Positions 24,720 through 39,032 of a stretch of 64,000 nucleotides of DNA are shown here, in pieces. The translations under genes and the position numbers were made by a program. The stretch comes from Octopus bimaculoides (lineage: Eukaryota), in contig NC_068997.1 in the NCBI RefSeq assembly GCF_001194135.2, forward strand, positions 56,704,596 to 56,768,595, read 5' to 3'. Numbering within the stretch: position 1 is the first letter of the stretch; every line of letters begins with the position of its first letter. The notes under the pieces are model-generated. The model did not search any database. It saw nothing but the letters and a program-made list of their open reading frames with translations, and was not told the DNA's origin.

Positions 24720-27700
24720 AGGTTTCTACCCAGATTATGTCTTGTAATGGTCACCCACAATGTAGCAATAATAAATGACACAGGAAAATCGTTATTTGGA
24801 CGATAACTTGCAAAAAAAAAAACAAAAAAAAACACTAAAAGGAAGGAATCTGCAACTTATATTTATTCAAGAATAATTCTCTGTGGACTCTCGTTAGAGA
24901 AATGTTGAGGCTTTTCAAACCAATAAAATTCATGTTTGTCTTAATTTCAATTATGTGAGAACAGCTATTATTTACTGAGTTCTTTGTTGCCAAAATGTTT
25001 CTATATTATTATAATAGTAAATATTAATTGGACTGTTAACGTAATGTGGAATGTATTTTTTTTATTTACACTGTTTTAGCAAAAATGTTGTTTAAATATA
25101 AATCTAAAAGTTGGGGTTAATGGACCAAACTATTATTATCACACCGTTTTAGTTTACTAACGTTATAGCTAAAAATAATTATTGCTAAACAAAAATGAAA
25201 TTTATAGACTCCTATTATATCATAAGATCACCTGAATGGCACTTTGAAAGAGTAATATTTTCAATAATTGGCATCATTTATGCGATTTTCAGCTGCTGAT
25301 CATAATGTTTGAAAAATCCATTTAATAACGATACATGGGCATTTTTTTTTCATTAATTCTTTCAATAGAACTGGAGACAAACGTCTATAAAAATTGAACA
25401 TTTATTGGAAATTTGTTGATCACAAAAGTTAAAATGATAAAGGAAAGAAATATTGAAGACACTGAAGACTAAAATTTTTATTAAGAAGGGGAAAAAAAAC
25501 TATCTAAATGATAAAATTATTGAACAAAGAAATGTAGAAAGGTGATTGGCTGGAAAACACTGAACTATGTTCAGTGGAGCTTCTTTAATATTTCTAATTT
25601 ATTTGAGTTGTATCAGAGTTGTCTTTATGGTTATTGATATCACTTATCAATCCCTATTGTATAATCATGGCTTATCTTCAAGAATTGTCATAGTTTGATC
25701 ACGCTTACATTTTCCGCATAAATAATAATCGTTACTGTCTCTCAATAAGCTGTGCTGGTGGTGGTGGTGGTGGTGATGGTGGTGGTGGTGGCTAGCAAGA
25801 AAGTCCTGACTGTGGCTTTAATGAAAGTCGAAACGAATTGATTGGTTGACTCCTTGGCAGCTAAGAAATCTATGTTAATTTACGGAGCCTAGAATTCATT
25901 GTAAATTTTAAAAGATGTTTTTTAAACATCACAGCTTTGTTTAAAAGTTTTTACAAAGCCTCGCTCTAATTCTTCACTCTGATTCTCACGTTCCATGAAG
26001 GGAAATTAATAAGTGTGAAATAAACAGACTATGGCTTGTGTAGAATATACCAAACATTCTCTTTGGCATATTGTTTAGGTTTATCACTCTTGTTTGCAGT
26101 GTTTCTTTTCTAATTATTCCATGCAGGGAACTTGCATTTTTTCTCTGCGTAACTTTGGAATATTTTTTAAATACTTTTTCTGATAAATGTTTTTCGTAAG
26201 TGAAAGATATAAAAATTACATTTATGTATTCATTTAGATAACTTTTCTCTTCTTTTCTTTGTTTTTAAACTTAGAGTCCTCAACCTTCGTATACAACAAT
26301 CTCACCATCGCAAGACATATTTAATCCGAATCAGTTACAATCTTTTGAATGTTACATTAAAGTAAATTACGATTAACTTCAAAGGAGAAAAAAAGGATAT
26401 GGAAATGCATAAGGGCAAAAGGATTATCGTTCGCAGTTCAGTAATCATAGTTATAGCAGCAAGCGCATCTCCCTCACGATCTCTTTGGAAGAAACTGTCC
26501 ATATTATTTCTGGAGAGAGATAGGCTCCACCAAGCACCAAAGCACAGTGTCACCTGTACAAACTCATCAGGATTTGAAGCTTCGTCAGTCTCATATATAT
26601 ATATATATATATATATACAGAGACACACAGACACACACGCACGCACGTTCACATGTGTGTGTGTGTGTGCGTGCGCGCGTGTATTTAATTTTATATCAAT
26701 GTAAACTTGTCAAGAGTGATTTACCCGGATTCAATCATAGTTTATTTGAAATTGAATGCAATTTTTGTTACTTATTCGAAATAAATGTGACTTTGAAGAA
26801 TAAATATTCTCCTTTTGATAAATATTCCATGGAGATCCTTGTAGCGAATTCGTTGTCAGAAATCACTCCAGTTCATTAATGGAAGAGAATTACTCAGCCC
26901 TCTTACTGCCAGTTATAAATGCTCTGACAGCAGCAGAAATTTACCTGCAAGAGAAAACATTAATCCCGTTACCTGTGACAGCTTTGCTTTCAACGTCGCT
27001 ATTCAAATTATTTCGAAATAAATAAAGAATATTTAAGCCTTAATGCTTCGTTCTCTTTGCATTTTGCATCGATGAAACATTTTGACACGTGCTGTCATCG
27101 TTAAATACACGAAGTAGCTTTATAATAGCAGTTATGACAACGGTGATGACATTGCTGATATGCACGGTCAGAAGAAAATCGTAACGTTCCCATAAAATTT
27201 TAAGCAGATTTAGTGCCAGATTTCAATTGTAAATTTTTGGAAATATAGACTGTTTCTCCGGAATTTATTGAGGGAATTATATTCAAAGGGAATAATTCTT
27301 CTGTACTGACATTGCAAAATCCCTGCTTTTCTATATCATTTACAGATATGTCACAACCATTCCATTCTATTCCTAATTGGATACCATATTCTCACACATG
27401 AACATTGCTTAGAATAGATATTTCGCACTTTCTAAGAATATTCTTTCCAAACTATAATATTTAACTTATTTAATCTCGAGATGACAACTTTACAGTAACT
27501 GTTGTCACGCCAGGAAATAAAATATTGTAACGCAAGCTAACAAAAGTTCTTGTATCTGATGGATGGTTTTAAGCGCAAAGAAATGGCAGCAAAGACTCTT
27601 CCAAAAACTTTTCTGTGGTATCAAACAAAATATGTATTGGATAATACAGCCTCAATTATATCATTCCCGAAGAACATATGAAAGGTCATGAGTGGAACGA

Positions 27701-28299
27701 ATTTGATCACATATATGTGATTCGGCAAAACAAAATGAAAATATGGTCATGGCTTGATCATATTAGAATATAGATTTATTAAACTGGAATGACCTGGAGC
27801 TGCACAGGCAAAAACAATAGAAGGGCAACAGAAAGCATATAATATGAAAGATAAATATTACGTATGTGGCATATTTTGTTGATAGTGTATCATAGTGTGT
27901 TCGAAAGCTCAGTATTAGCAGCTCCAACTATATAAATATAGAGATACATAGAGATACACTATATAAAATATGTATGATATGTTTATGTATATATGTATGG
28001 ATGTATGGATGTATTTATGTACAAGAAATTTATAAACCGAGATTCAAAATCATTAAATAAAGACAATTATCGTAGCCATTACATTTTACAATTTTGTTAG
28101 TAAATTATGAAGTAAAGATCTAATGGAATTTTGACATAGAGACTAGCATGAATCAAGTAATAATCGGTGACAATCATGAATTGATAATCGGTTGAGCAAT
28201 ACCTGACAACAATAAAGTTGGCAGAAATAAGATGTAAAAGTCAGGTATTAAACTGATTTAGGTATTGAATTAAAGATGGCATAGGATATAAGAAATATT

Positions 28300-28870
28300 T
28301 CTATCATCCAATTACGGTCGGTACAATTGGAAAAAACAGACAACCATTTATGCGAAGACATCAACAAGTTATATATCACAATCGACATTTTCTACCAGCA
28401 TTCCTGAAACGTAATATCAACAATATCTTCCAATAAAAACTGAGATGAACGTGAGAAATATTCACGATTCAAATAACATATTGAAGAACGCCAATAAAAT
28501 CCAACATATGTACGAAATGAAATATGATTCATATAACAATATACTAACCAATAGTATTACTAACAATTACAGCAAAAAACTTTTAATAATACATTATATC
28601 CCATTAACTGTAAAATGAAAGCATGTCTGCCAATCGAAATGTCGATGATGGAGAAAAAGTATGAGTCTTTAAAACGCATTTCACTCTTAAGAACCATACA
28701 ATAAACTTAATGAACGCAACAACCTAATTCACTAATTTTACGAAAAGGGAATTAGGAAATATTAACAAACACGTTCATGAAAGAATCGACAAAATCCAAA
28801 ACGATAACGTTGAAATACTAAAATACCAATAATAAACTGAACCTATCCCTAACAGAACCGCCGTTGTTAA
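28300..28870 (+). mobile_element. Possible decayed Penelope-like element (RT C-terminal linker to GIY-YIG region)
   Basis: Broken-frame peptides QPFMRRHQQVIYHNRHFLPAFLKRNI, KYDSYNNILTNSITNNYSKKLL, NCKMKACLPIE and FKTHFTLKNHTINLMNATT are in the order expected for Penelope ORF motifs (KPYRKPN, SYSCMPN..SHNKK, CNCR...CP, FK.RY..H..S..NST). Confidence 0.4.
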
Positions 28871-28966
28871 AATCTTCAAGACTTTCTAAGCAACATTCTC
28901 ATTAGAAGAAATGGCATATAACTAATTCTCAACACGGCATTTTGTGATTCTTTTCGATGAATAATC

Positions 28967-29179
28967 CTTTCTATTATAAGCACAAGGCCTGAAATTTCGG
29001 GGAAGGGGACTAGTCGACTATATTGATCCCAGTGTTTCACTGGTACTTGATTTATCGACCGCGAAAGGATGAAAGGCAAAGTCAACCTCGGCGGAATTTG
29101 AACTCGGAACGTAGCGATGGGAGAAATACCGCTTAGTATTTCGTCCAGCAAGCTAACGATTTTACCAGTTCGCCACCTT
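28967..29179 (-). mobile_element. tRNA-derived SINE, family A (tail type 2)
   Basis: Same head and core as 256-486, with a different 3' segment (ataagcacaaggcctgaaatttcggggaagggg). Confidence 0.88.
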
Positions 29180-29644
29180 TCAATCCGATGAATAATAAAA
29201 TGCGGCTGAGAAAGGAAATTAGTGAAATTTTCTGTTTGTATAATAGTAAAGCACTGTACCTATCCTTAAAATTCAGTTAAGTTTGTATATCTGAAATCCC
29301 AACTGTTATAATTAATTTTATTCAAGGTGACTTTTAGAGAGATTATGGCGTGTTAATTCTCAAAAATCTCACCAGGCACTACGTAGATAAATTCAGAGAA
29401 TATCTAATTAAGTCATTTAAAGAATATATACTTGAAAACGTGTATGGGTGTGACAAATACAGTATGTGAGATAGAACTGAAACAACGAGGTTTAAGATGT
29501 ATATGTGTATGTATAACTCTTATATATATGAAAATATCTATTGATATATTTTCATACACAAATGCATGCGCGTGCACACACACATACACACACGTATATA
29601 TATATATATATATATATATACATACATATATGTATGAATGTATG

Positions 29645-29685
<41 letters not shown>

Positions 29686-30584
29686 ACACATATGCGCACT
29701 CAAAGGTACACACACGAACACACACGAACACACACATATGCATACATATATACATAAATATATATCTATGCATCCAGATATGCACACATTATTGATCAAC
29801 ATTTTAAAGAAGATAATGAAGAGAAACTTGACAAAATGTTTCTCTTTGAAAAGCGTAAATTGCATTTATTTCTAACATTTTGATAAGTACCATTTTTCTA
29901 CTCTTCAGTTTCAATTGAGAGAGTTTAGTAATCTTATATGCTTCCTTTTTAACTTCCTTCTTTCATTTTGCTAAATTGTTAAGGCTTCTGCTTATCAATG
30001 TTGGATGGACAAAGCATAAAGATAAATTTAGTATAGTCGTCTTTCAAAAATGTTTTGTTGATAAGTTAGAAAGTGCGAAGAAACCTCGGCTTATTCCGAT
30101 CAGACTTCTGATTGACAAATGCTTCAGAAATGAATGCGTTGGGATTTAATTCTACCATTTTCTTAATATTTTGTTTAATGTACATCCTATTGTTTATATT
30201 CAATTAACCGTTTATTTGGTTGGAACTGAAAATACGGGCTACTATAAGAAATTTTCGCAAGGTAAAATTTCTTGGAAACAGTTATCTTTTATATAAACAA
30301 TGAAAAGAAAAAAAAGAAAAAGTAACACGCACGCACATACATTCCATAGAATTCGTTTAAAATATATTTATTTCTCATGAAATGTTTCGCTTTATAAAAT
30401 GTTTAAACAAATAAAGCACAGGTTATATCATGCGGACGATTTCTAAAGAGAATGAAACAACTCTATGATCACCACCAGTTAGAAATTTTTGAACTTCCTA
30501 ATAACTAACCAAATATAAACGAATGTATGCATTCCAAGCAATTTTCTATTGTCTAAGTTACCAATAACAAGAGAGTGTCTACGT

Positions 30585-30742
30585 GGTCTCTCGATATATT
30601 AAAAACAGCAACCAAATATCCATTAAATCACTTCCCACCGCCAAAAATATTAAATTAAGCAAAACGATGATGCGATGTCACTGTAGAAAGGTAATGATCA
30701 TAGATCTGCCGGATGAAGGGCAGCCTTGGGCTACATAACAAC
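30585..30742 (-). repeat. Interspersed repeat family D copy
   Basis: aaaaacagcaaccaaatatccattaaatcac ... gggcagccttgggctacataacaac is the reverse complement of the family D layout. Confidence 0.5.
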
Positions 30743-32145
30743 ATAGATTCCAGGACCAATAGATAAACTACATGCCAAATACCTTCTCGGAACTGGTACC
30801 AATTCCACAATGTCTGTGTTGTCATGAAGAATAAATGACTTTGCGGACATACATTGAACCACCAGAGAGTTTGAATGATGAAGAACCTCTCAAAGAAGAA
30901 TTCTCAAATGATCCCAAGCGCGCGCGCGTCTAGAATTAGCGGCGGTAGTGACTGTGGTGATGATGATGATGATGATGAAGACTACGACGGAAACAATGAC
31001 GACAGTGATGATGATGATGATGACGATGGGAAAGCTTCCTTGTGTATCCTTGTTTTATTCACAATTTTCTAGTTTCGAACCGAAGTGAAAGAAATATCAA
31101 TCAAACATTTCATCTAAAAAAACACACACATAGAAATCTCTGGGACTGAATGGTAAAAGTAACCAGAAAGTGGTAAGAACCTAATATATCATGCTAGTGA
31201 TTCTCACAAAGAATATCTATCCTGGCATTACAACACAACAAATAAAAAAAAACAACAAAAACACAGAATTGGCAATTGAAGACTTTTGTACCAAACCAAA
31301 TCAATATTCCACACATTGAGTGATGTACCAGTTCTAAGACCAATATTTTGGTTACGTGTTTAGCTGTTTTGATTAGATCGGTGCCAAAAATATAGAAAAC
31401 ACGGAAATTAATATCTGTCAGCAAAATCTTCCAATCAACTGCAATATTAACTGATTCCAAGAAAACAAAGCAGTACTGGGGCTACATGCGATCATAAGGC
31501 TTCCTAAAATTAGCTGCCAAATCTCTTTCCATTCATCCCTACAAACGTAAATAAAGGAAGGCTGTACTGGATGTGGTTGCAGATAAACCAAATGGGGGTG
31601 GGGGTCAAAGTTGGAATGTATTTGATTTTGTTCTGTTTGATCTAGGCTAAATAACAAGGGTGCAATGACAATAACAGAACCACTGTGGTTGCTTAAACCT
31701 TCTAGAAACAATAGTAAAATTACCCTCAAATCATTCAATAATGTATATCCGTCCATTTCAATGGTGAGTGCTTGGTTGTTTGATGGAATGAATTACTGAA
31801 TTAGTGTGTAAGTGGCTGAATATTGTACAGTTATGTGTGTCCTTGAAATTCCAACAGAAGAAATTTCACCTCAGAAGACATTATACGACGATACAAAGTT
31901 ATTCTCAGATCAGAAACCTGGCCTTCATCATTGCAACAGGTCATGCTGTATTAATTTCTTTTTTAAACTAGACTAGGTCGTAACGACACATCAGTCTGTC
32001 AACGTCTACCATGTTTTCTGTTTTTAATTTTGGTATTTTTTGTAGAATGCTAGCCCCTTTTTCAGTTCCTCTACGTTTCCAGAAGATAAGGAACATTGTT
32101 AATGGTACACTTCATAACCCTTTCGTTGTACTAGTATAACCAATT

Positions 32146-32185
<40 letters not shown>

Positions 32186-32204
32186 ACTGTATGCAGGTAT
32201 TTGA

Positions 32205-32330
32205 CTGAGTTTCAGTATATCAACCTGGGTATACAAGAAAAGGTAAAGATATCATCAGTGGGATTTGAACTCACAATATGAAGAGCCAAAGCTATTGTTA
32301 CTGACGTTCTAGGATTGTGCCAGGGCTCTG
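32205..32330 (-). mobile_element. Old, diverged family A-like SINE fragment
   Basis: aaaggtaaagatatcatcagtgggatttgaactcacaatatg resembles the family A B-box region. Confidence 0.45.
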
Positions 32331-34415
32331 ATGGCGCTAGTGGCAGTGTTAAAGTAGCTGAGGAATTAGGTTTACTAAAAGAAAAACTTGCAGGTACAGT
32401 CCAACAGGCTTCTGTAGAGGTTTTATCTACTTAATTATCCCAACATAGAATTAGTCAACTCGAGACTAGGGCAGAATTCATTTGCAAAAAGTATGAGAGA
32501 ATAGGATTAACTCCAGAATCAGATGAATCGTTAATGAATCTTTTAATCACATGGGTACATCCTCTACATGAGATAATTTCTCATAAAAGTTAATCTTCTT
32601 TTAAAAATCTAATAGCATTTTAATTTAACGCGTAAGAAGCTAAAGAGATATGGAGTTCTTATACACAAAATCTAAAGATTGTTGACGTGATGTAACCTAT
32701 GTAGCACCAATAAAATGGAATGACAAACTACACAAGAATGAAAAAAACATGATCTTCTACAGAGATTAGATGAAAAGAAAGGCACAAGTGAATATCTTTT
32801 CCGAAAGAAAAAGAACAATACTAAAGCCAATGAACGAATAATGAAGAATTTACAAAGATTCAATATTTGAACTATAATTTCTTTAAGTATTACAATGGAA
32901 AATTATTGAAACACTTGGTTCAATGAATAAATGTTTCTTAGTTTCTCTGAGAATAAAAATAAGAGGAAAATGGCAAACATTAATGGATGCATGCTGAGGC
33001 ATATACAGACTGGCTAACGTCATCAATAGTTATAGAAGCTGCAACAATTAGAGTCCAAATATTGAATTCGAAAATTCTTCATTAATTGTCCGTTGATATT
33101 CTATTATTTCTTCATTTATTTCACAAGTGATAGTCATATGTGCTTTTCAACTAACCCAGAGCAGGAGAGAACATTTATGTATATGATATGTATGTACGTG
33201 TGTATTTATAAAGATATGTATATACATGTGTTTCTCTAACTGGAACAATAAAATACTATCAGTGATGTATGTGACACTGTCTTTGAATAAGTTGAATTTT
33301 TGCTGATTGAAATTCTAATAAATTCTGTTCTTTTGTTAAAGGAACGGAACGCTCGTTCTCTATTGGAGAAATTTCAAAAATAAGAATTAAAAGGATCATA
33401 AAATACTACCTTACGAAATCTGTAGAGGTTTCTGTTCTTTTATAATCATATTCTTGGTTCCTCTGACGTTCAATAATTGTCACAAACTTCGATGTCCTTT
33501 CTATCACCAACTAATCTACAGATGTTACCTCGAACATTTTATCGTAGCACCAGCTCTAAAGAATTTGTCACTTTCTTGACAAAAGTAAACTTTTCTATTA
33601 GTCCTATTATGTCTACACATTCACCAACCTCTTGACTGGCAATACGGGATGGATTTTTTTTCCATAGTTACAACATTAGAGAGATGTTCGTGTCCTCTGA
33701 AAGACTAATAAGTTCTCCATTTCTACTTAGCAAATGTAACTGAGAGGGTAAATCGAAGTTGATGACCAGGACGACGAAGGAAGTGAGAGGGTACGTTTTA
33801 AAAATTCAATGTTTTTTTTAGTGAAAAACTGTAGGCAGAACTTGTGGCTCATTTTGACAGCAGACACAATTAACACAGCTGTCAAAATATTATTTTCGAT
33901 GGCAACATTATCATGCAACAGCCATCTTTATAGCTTTTTACTATTTCTTTTGCCAGTCTTTTGTTTATATCAGTGCATGCCAACATTTGATTGAAACTTG
34001 CTATGCTTTGTTTTTTTGCGATAACTGGAATTCATGATCTTTTAATGCAATGATTTTTTTTCCTAAAACAATGAATGTTTGTTGGCTCTAATGTTTTTTC
34101 AAACTTTTTCTTTCAATTGACCTTTCAAAATAGCAGATTATTGTTTTGATTCGGCTCTAACAAAATTGATTTGCTTCTGAAAAAATTTCACTTTCCATAA
34201 ATTTTCTCAATTTGATTTGTACTTTCTGTGATTTTTTTTTTTTTTTTTCACTTTTCGTTTCCTTTTTTTTTTTTCAAGTATTTTATTTGGTTTTAGTTTT
34301 ATGATTTCTGAAGAAATTCTTGGCTGAAATACTAAGATTTATTTACTATCACTTTACTGATATGACACTAAAGATTATGCATACACACGCACGCACGCAT
34401 GCGCACACGCACGCA

Positions 34416-34453
<38 letters not shown>

Positions 34454-35186
34454 CACACACATACACCTTCACACACATACATATATATATGTATAGATAT
34501 GTGTGTAAGTGTGTATATGTCATTCATTATTTGTCATTATATAGTCACCCTGCTCTTTAATTATTATATTCTAGTTAAATGCCAGACGCACGTCATGCAT
34601 AGTTCCAATTATTAGTCGGCCACAAGACAAAGTTTTATAGTAACATACTTAACTGCTCTGAATATTTGATAACCAATTTCATTTTGTTCATAATGAAAGC
34701 TTCCAGCGTTGACTTTATTGCTCAATAAAGTAATTAAGTAATTAACGAAAAACTACTGCAAAGCGTCTGCTGCAATAAATTTATAGATTATTTGAAAATA
34801 TTTCATTGACTTCTCTCCTTTCAATTGAAGATGACATCAGTTAAAAAGTTCAAGAAGAAAATTATTTAAAATGAAATTATTGTCATTTTGAATAATTTGA
34901 ATCTAGTAATGAAAACAGTGAATCTATATTTTTAGGTTTGGGAGGTTAAAGATCAAGATTCTGATTTTTATCACATGGGCAGAGGAAAAAAGGTAGCAGC
35001 CATTATCTTTTTCAGGGTCTCTGAAAGTTGTGGGAGTAAGGCAGGACGTTATGCACCGAACAGAGTCTTTGCTTGAATGCTTGCAACCAAGTGACGATAT
35101 CTACTAAAGCTACCCAAATACCAAGTACTCGTACTAACTTGAGAAAAACTTAAATATATCTTCCATTAACAGAAATAGCCCTGTGA

Positions 35187-35331
35187 TAGGCTTCTACCAA
35201 GTTTCCGTTTATCATCTTAACTCATATGACTCTTGTCTATCCAGGATTATAGGAGAAGACAAGCGATAATGTAGTGGAATTGAAACCAAAGTCAAAAGTT
35301 ATGAATCAAGTTTTTAACCAGACACCCATGA
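35187..35331 (-). mobile_element. SINE family C head, diverged
   Basis: Reverse-complement similarity to 12568-12719 (gtttccgttta..., gattataggagaagaca, gtagtggaattgaaacc, ttaaccagacacccatg). Confidence 0.6.
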
Positions 35332-35665
35332 CTAGATTTAAATTTGATATTTAACACCAAAGCCCTATCCTGTCTTGTTCTATGTTACACATTTACTCAG
35401 TTTATATAATTGCGAAAGACTAGCTTTATAAAATGGAAAAAAAAAGCAAAAAAAGAAAAGGCGTAACTGTGAAAGGATAAAAGTCACATCTCCTTCATTA
35501 GGATTTTGATCATTCTTTTTCTTTGCATAAACATTAGTCATTTTGCGGGGAGGGAATTCTCGCCACCACCTTTCCTGATTTCCATTATTATCATTTTGTT
35601 TCTGGATGACAGAGTCACAGAAATGATCGATTCAGAAGACTGTTTTGTAATATTTAATTTTGTTT

Positions 35666-35810
35666 CTTTACGTTCTGAGTTCAAAGATTACCAGGATTCA
35701 CGTCTTTCACTCTGCTGAGGTCTATAGAATATATACCAGTTATATAATGGGGTTGTTTTAACTGAATATCCTTCCACAATGTGTGTAGCTTCTATGTATG
35801 TTAGGAATTA
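35666..35810 (+). mobile_element. SINE family A, 5'-truncated and diverged
   Basis: ctttacgttctgagttcaaa...ctttcactctgctgaggtctatagaatatataccagtt...ggggttg matches the family A core on the plus strand. Confidence 0.7.
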
Positions 35811-36331
35811 CTTTCTTCAGTGGGTGGGGAGATTGGTAAAATGGTAGAACATTGACAAAATGCCTTCGAAAAATTTAATTTAATCCATTACATTCAGAGT
35901 TGAAATCAGAAGAGGTTTAAATCATCTTTCTGGAGTTGATGATTTAAGTTACCAGTTATGTAATGGAGTTGAATAAATCACTGTATCGTCTCTACTAGAA
36001 TATCTGGTGCTGTACCAATGTAAGAGATAACCGTTGTTGATGCTGATATTGTCACCGCCATCGTTGTCCTCATCTATTTCTTGTTTTGAAAAAAAAAAGA
36101 AAGAAAAGAAAGATCTGTTATTGGACTCCAACTACTCTGAGAGAGATTGGGGGAGAGAGTGGTGGTGATACTCAGTCGCTAGAATATTTGGAATTAGAGC
36201 AAAAGTTTTATGGATACATACCATTATTCACTACAAAGAGATGATAATATAAAAAAAGAGTCCATTATCCATTATGATGTGTAATAATGTAGTAGAGTGG
36301 ATGTAAATTGGATATACTGTCATTTTAGTAC

Positions 36332-36396
<65 letters not shown>

Positions 36397-39032
36397 GTGT
36401 CATTATATAAAGATGATCAATTATGCCAATATCTTTACCCATATGGAAATAAATCTACATATGGGATTTCTAAGGAGACGCAGCGTAAAACTTGTTTCCA
36501 TTTAGTTGTGAAAAATGAAGTTATATTTCTATAATACTTCAATTTTCTTTCAGGTATAGAAATAATTTCCATAGAAATCTAATCGTCACTTTTAGAAACA
36601 AGATAAATGATTTCAATTTAAGTAAAGGAATCTCTTCGGCAAATTCACCATGGAAAACTGGAACTGATTGAAGGTCAAAATTGGCCTCAACCAAATAATT
36701 CTCAATGTAAATCTCTGTCGTCAATCTACTTCACGTAACAACATCAATCTACTTCACGTAACAACATCAACTTTAACTTAGAATATATTTTCTGGTCAGC
36801 TACTTATTTAGAGAAAAAGGATAGTTTCTCCTTCTTGGAAATAATTGTGAATGGAAGACAATGGATATTAAATCATACTGAAGAAGAAGGAGATGGCACT
36901 TTTCAGAAACAGAGCTGTAAGGAAAATAGGAATACTACTATAATATTATAAACCTATTCAGTCGAGTCGACTTTTTTGTATATATTCTTGATATAATGTT
37001 TTGTCTGAATTCAACTTTGCTTCATTCTTGCCAAATCGATAAAATAATCTACCAGCCAAGAACTGGAATTAATTTCATCAATTGTTGATCTGTCTCACCA
37101 GGCAATGAAATAGAATCTGACCGTAAAGCATAAATTCCCATCTAACTGTGGATCTCCATTTACAGGTTAAGTGCTAATCTGGTTAGAATATACAACTGTT
37201 ACGTTGATATTGCATATCTAATCACCCAACATACACATCGCTCATTTACACAGTCTGTCTCGAAAATTAAAGTGGATCTCATGAAGAAAAGCTTTTGCAA
37301 AAGTACGGAAAATGAAGTGTCTAGGATCACATTGACAACTCCAGGCTTTACTTTGAACAATTGCATTTGAAGGAAAAATGCTTGTTAATTTTTGTAGGTC
37401 CAAGAAGCAAAGATAGGCTCCCTCCATTGGCGTCGTGGCCATAACATGAGACATTAACTTTGAACGCTTTTGCGATAGAAATAAATACGCTTCATGCTGA
37501 TTCTTTGTAGTTTGATAAAAAGCACCCAAGGCATTTTATAGAATGTTGACATATGAATGGAGAAAAGGCAGTTAAGACGGAATTCTTTAGCCTCGTCGAG
37601 GACTTGGCAATCTCTATTATTTGTGCAATGATAAACTAGTCAGTCGGTTTGCGTTAGAAAGGGAATTCATGTGTAGAAGCCATACTGAAAATAAAGGGAA
37701 TCTGTGAGATATGGCCCCTACCAATTTGTCAAGGCATGAAGTAACTCTATATATGAATTTAATTGGTAACATCGTGTTCAACACATACCAGCCTGGAAAG
37801 TGGACATAAATAGATAATGACAACGACGATGATGGTGACGATGATTATGATGAGGAATTGCATACGGAAATTTTGCATAGGCCACAACACACACACACAC
37901 CAAGCTCACACGTCCATATTACTGGGCAAAAATACGATTAAAAATTTAGTCCATCAAAGGAGCAAATGTGCTTCTCAAACCTCGCTCCTTGTCTCGCAGA
38001 CTAAGGTAATTAACATAATTTATTTCTAAACTTGTCTATCTACTTTTTTAGAAATTGTAGAGTGCCAACCAGTGTGAACGTTGTTGGACAGCATGCATAA
38101 AAGCGAATCATAACACAATGCATATGTATTTGTTTTTGTGTAGTTGAGTGTGTGTGTGTTTGGTTACGTGTGGTTGTGTGTAAGTGTGAGTGTGTGTGTG
38201 TGGAAGAGAGATAGTTAGAGAGAAAGAAAGAAAGAAATATTTGGCGGGAAGAAGAAAATAAACCAAGAAGAATTAATCTTTTGTTTTGACTGGAAGCGTT
38301 ACGTAATTTGTCAGCTCAGAGGAAGAGAACTTGTTGAAGTCGTCTAACCTCAAGTCATCCAAGAACAGCGAGCGAACTTTTGATAAAAAAGAAAAGCATT
38401 CTAGCCATGACCACACCGTATTTTATAGTTGTATGATTTATCTAACACGATAGGGCATGATTAGCAAAGCATTTCATTGGTATTTCTATCAACGAGACAA
38501 ACTCTGGTTGGTTTGATTGTTGAAGTAACAGGAGAGACCGAAAACCAATAATAGGTCTTTAAGCTAATGGTTGCTATGTGTTGGTAACCGAATCTTAATG
38601 ATTCGAGTGACCTTCTTTTGGATGCAGTATAGAATAATTTTTTTTGTGTGTGATAGCAGCAGCAATGGCCTAACTATTTAAACATTTCTCCGCACAGCGC
38701 AACTATAAATGTTGCCACTGTCCATAGAAGCTATGTTATATCTCACATGATACTTATAGGTCATATTATTTCCACTTATTTGAACATTAAAACCTCGTAA
38801 AGGCAATATTTGTAGTGGATGTACCGCAGTAGGATATTAAAAACGTATTATTTACATGCTTGTAGATAATCTTTGCTATTGCAGATCGAGAAACAGAATC
38901 GTTAGAACGCTACTGAAGTATTTATATTTTGGTTCAAATTCTTGCGGTGAGAGCAATTTTTCTGGGGTTAATTAATGCCAGTCAAATGTTATGGTTTCTC
39001 CTCCTTTATCATTTCATTTAGACGAATGCGTA

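Noticed and set aside
31270-31760. LYQTKSIFHTLSDVPVLRPIF, like Penelope LYGLPKIHK..PLRPI, and the 112-aa minus-strand ORF
   Set aside because: An isolated low-identity match, and the ORF has no recognisable domain.
33480-33700. TNFDVLSITN, like the RT motif SFDV.SL.TN
   Set aside because: Downstream RT motifs cannot be traced.
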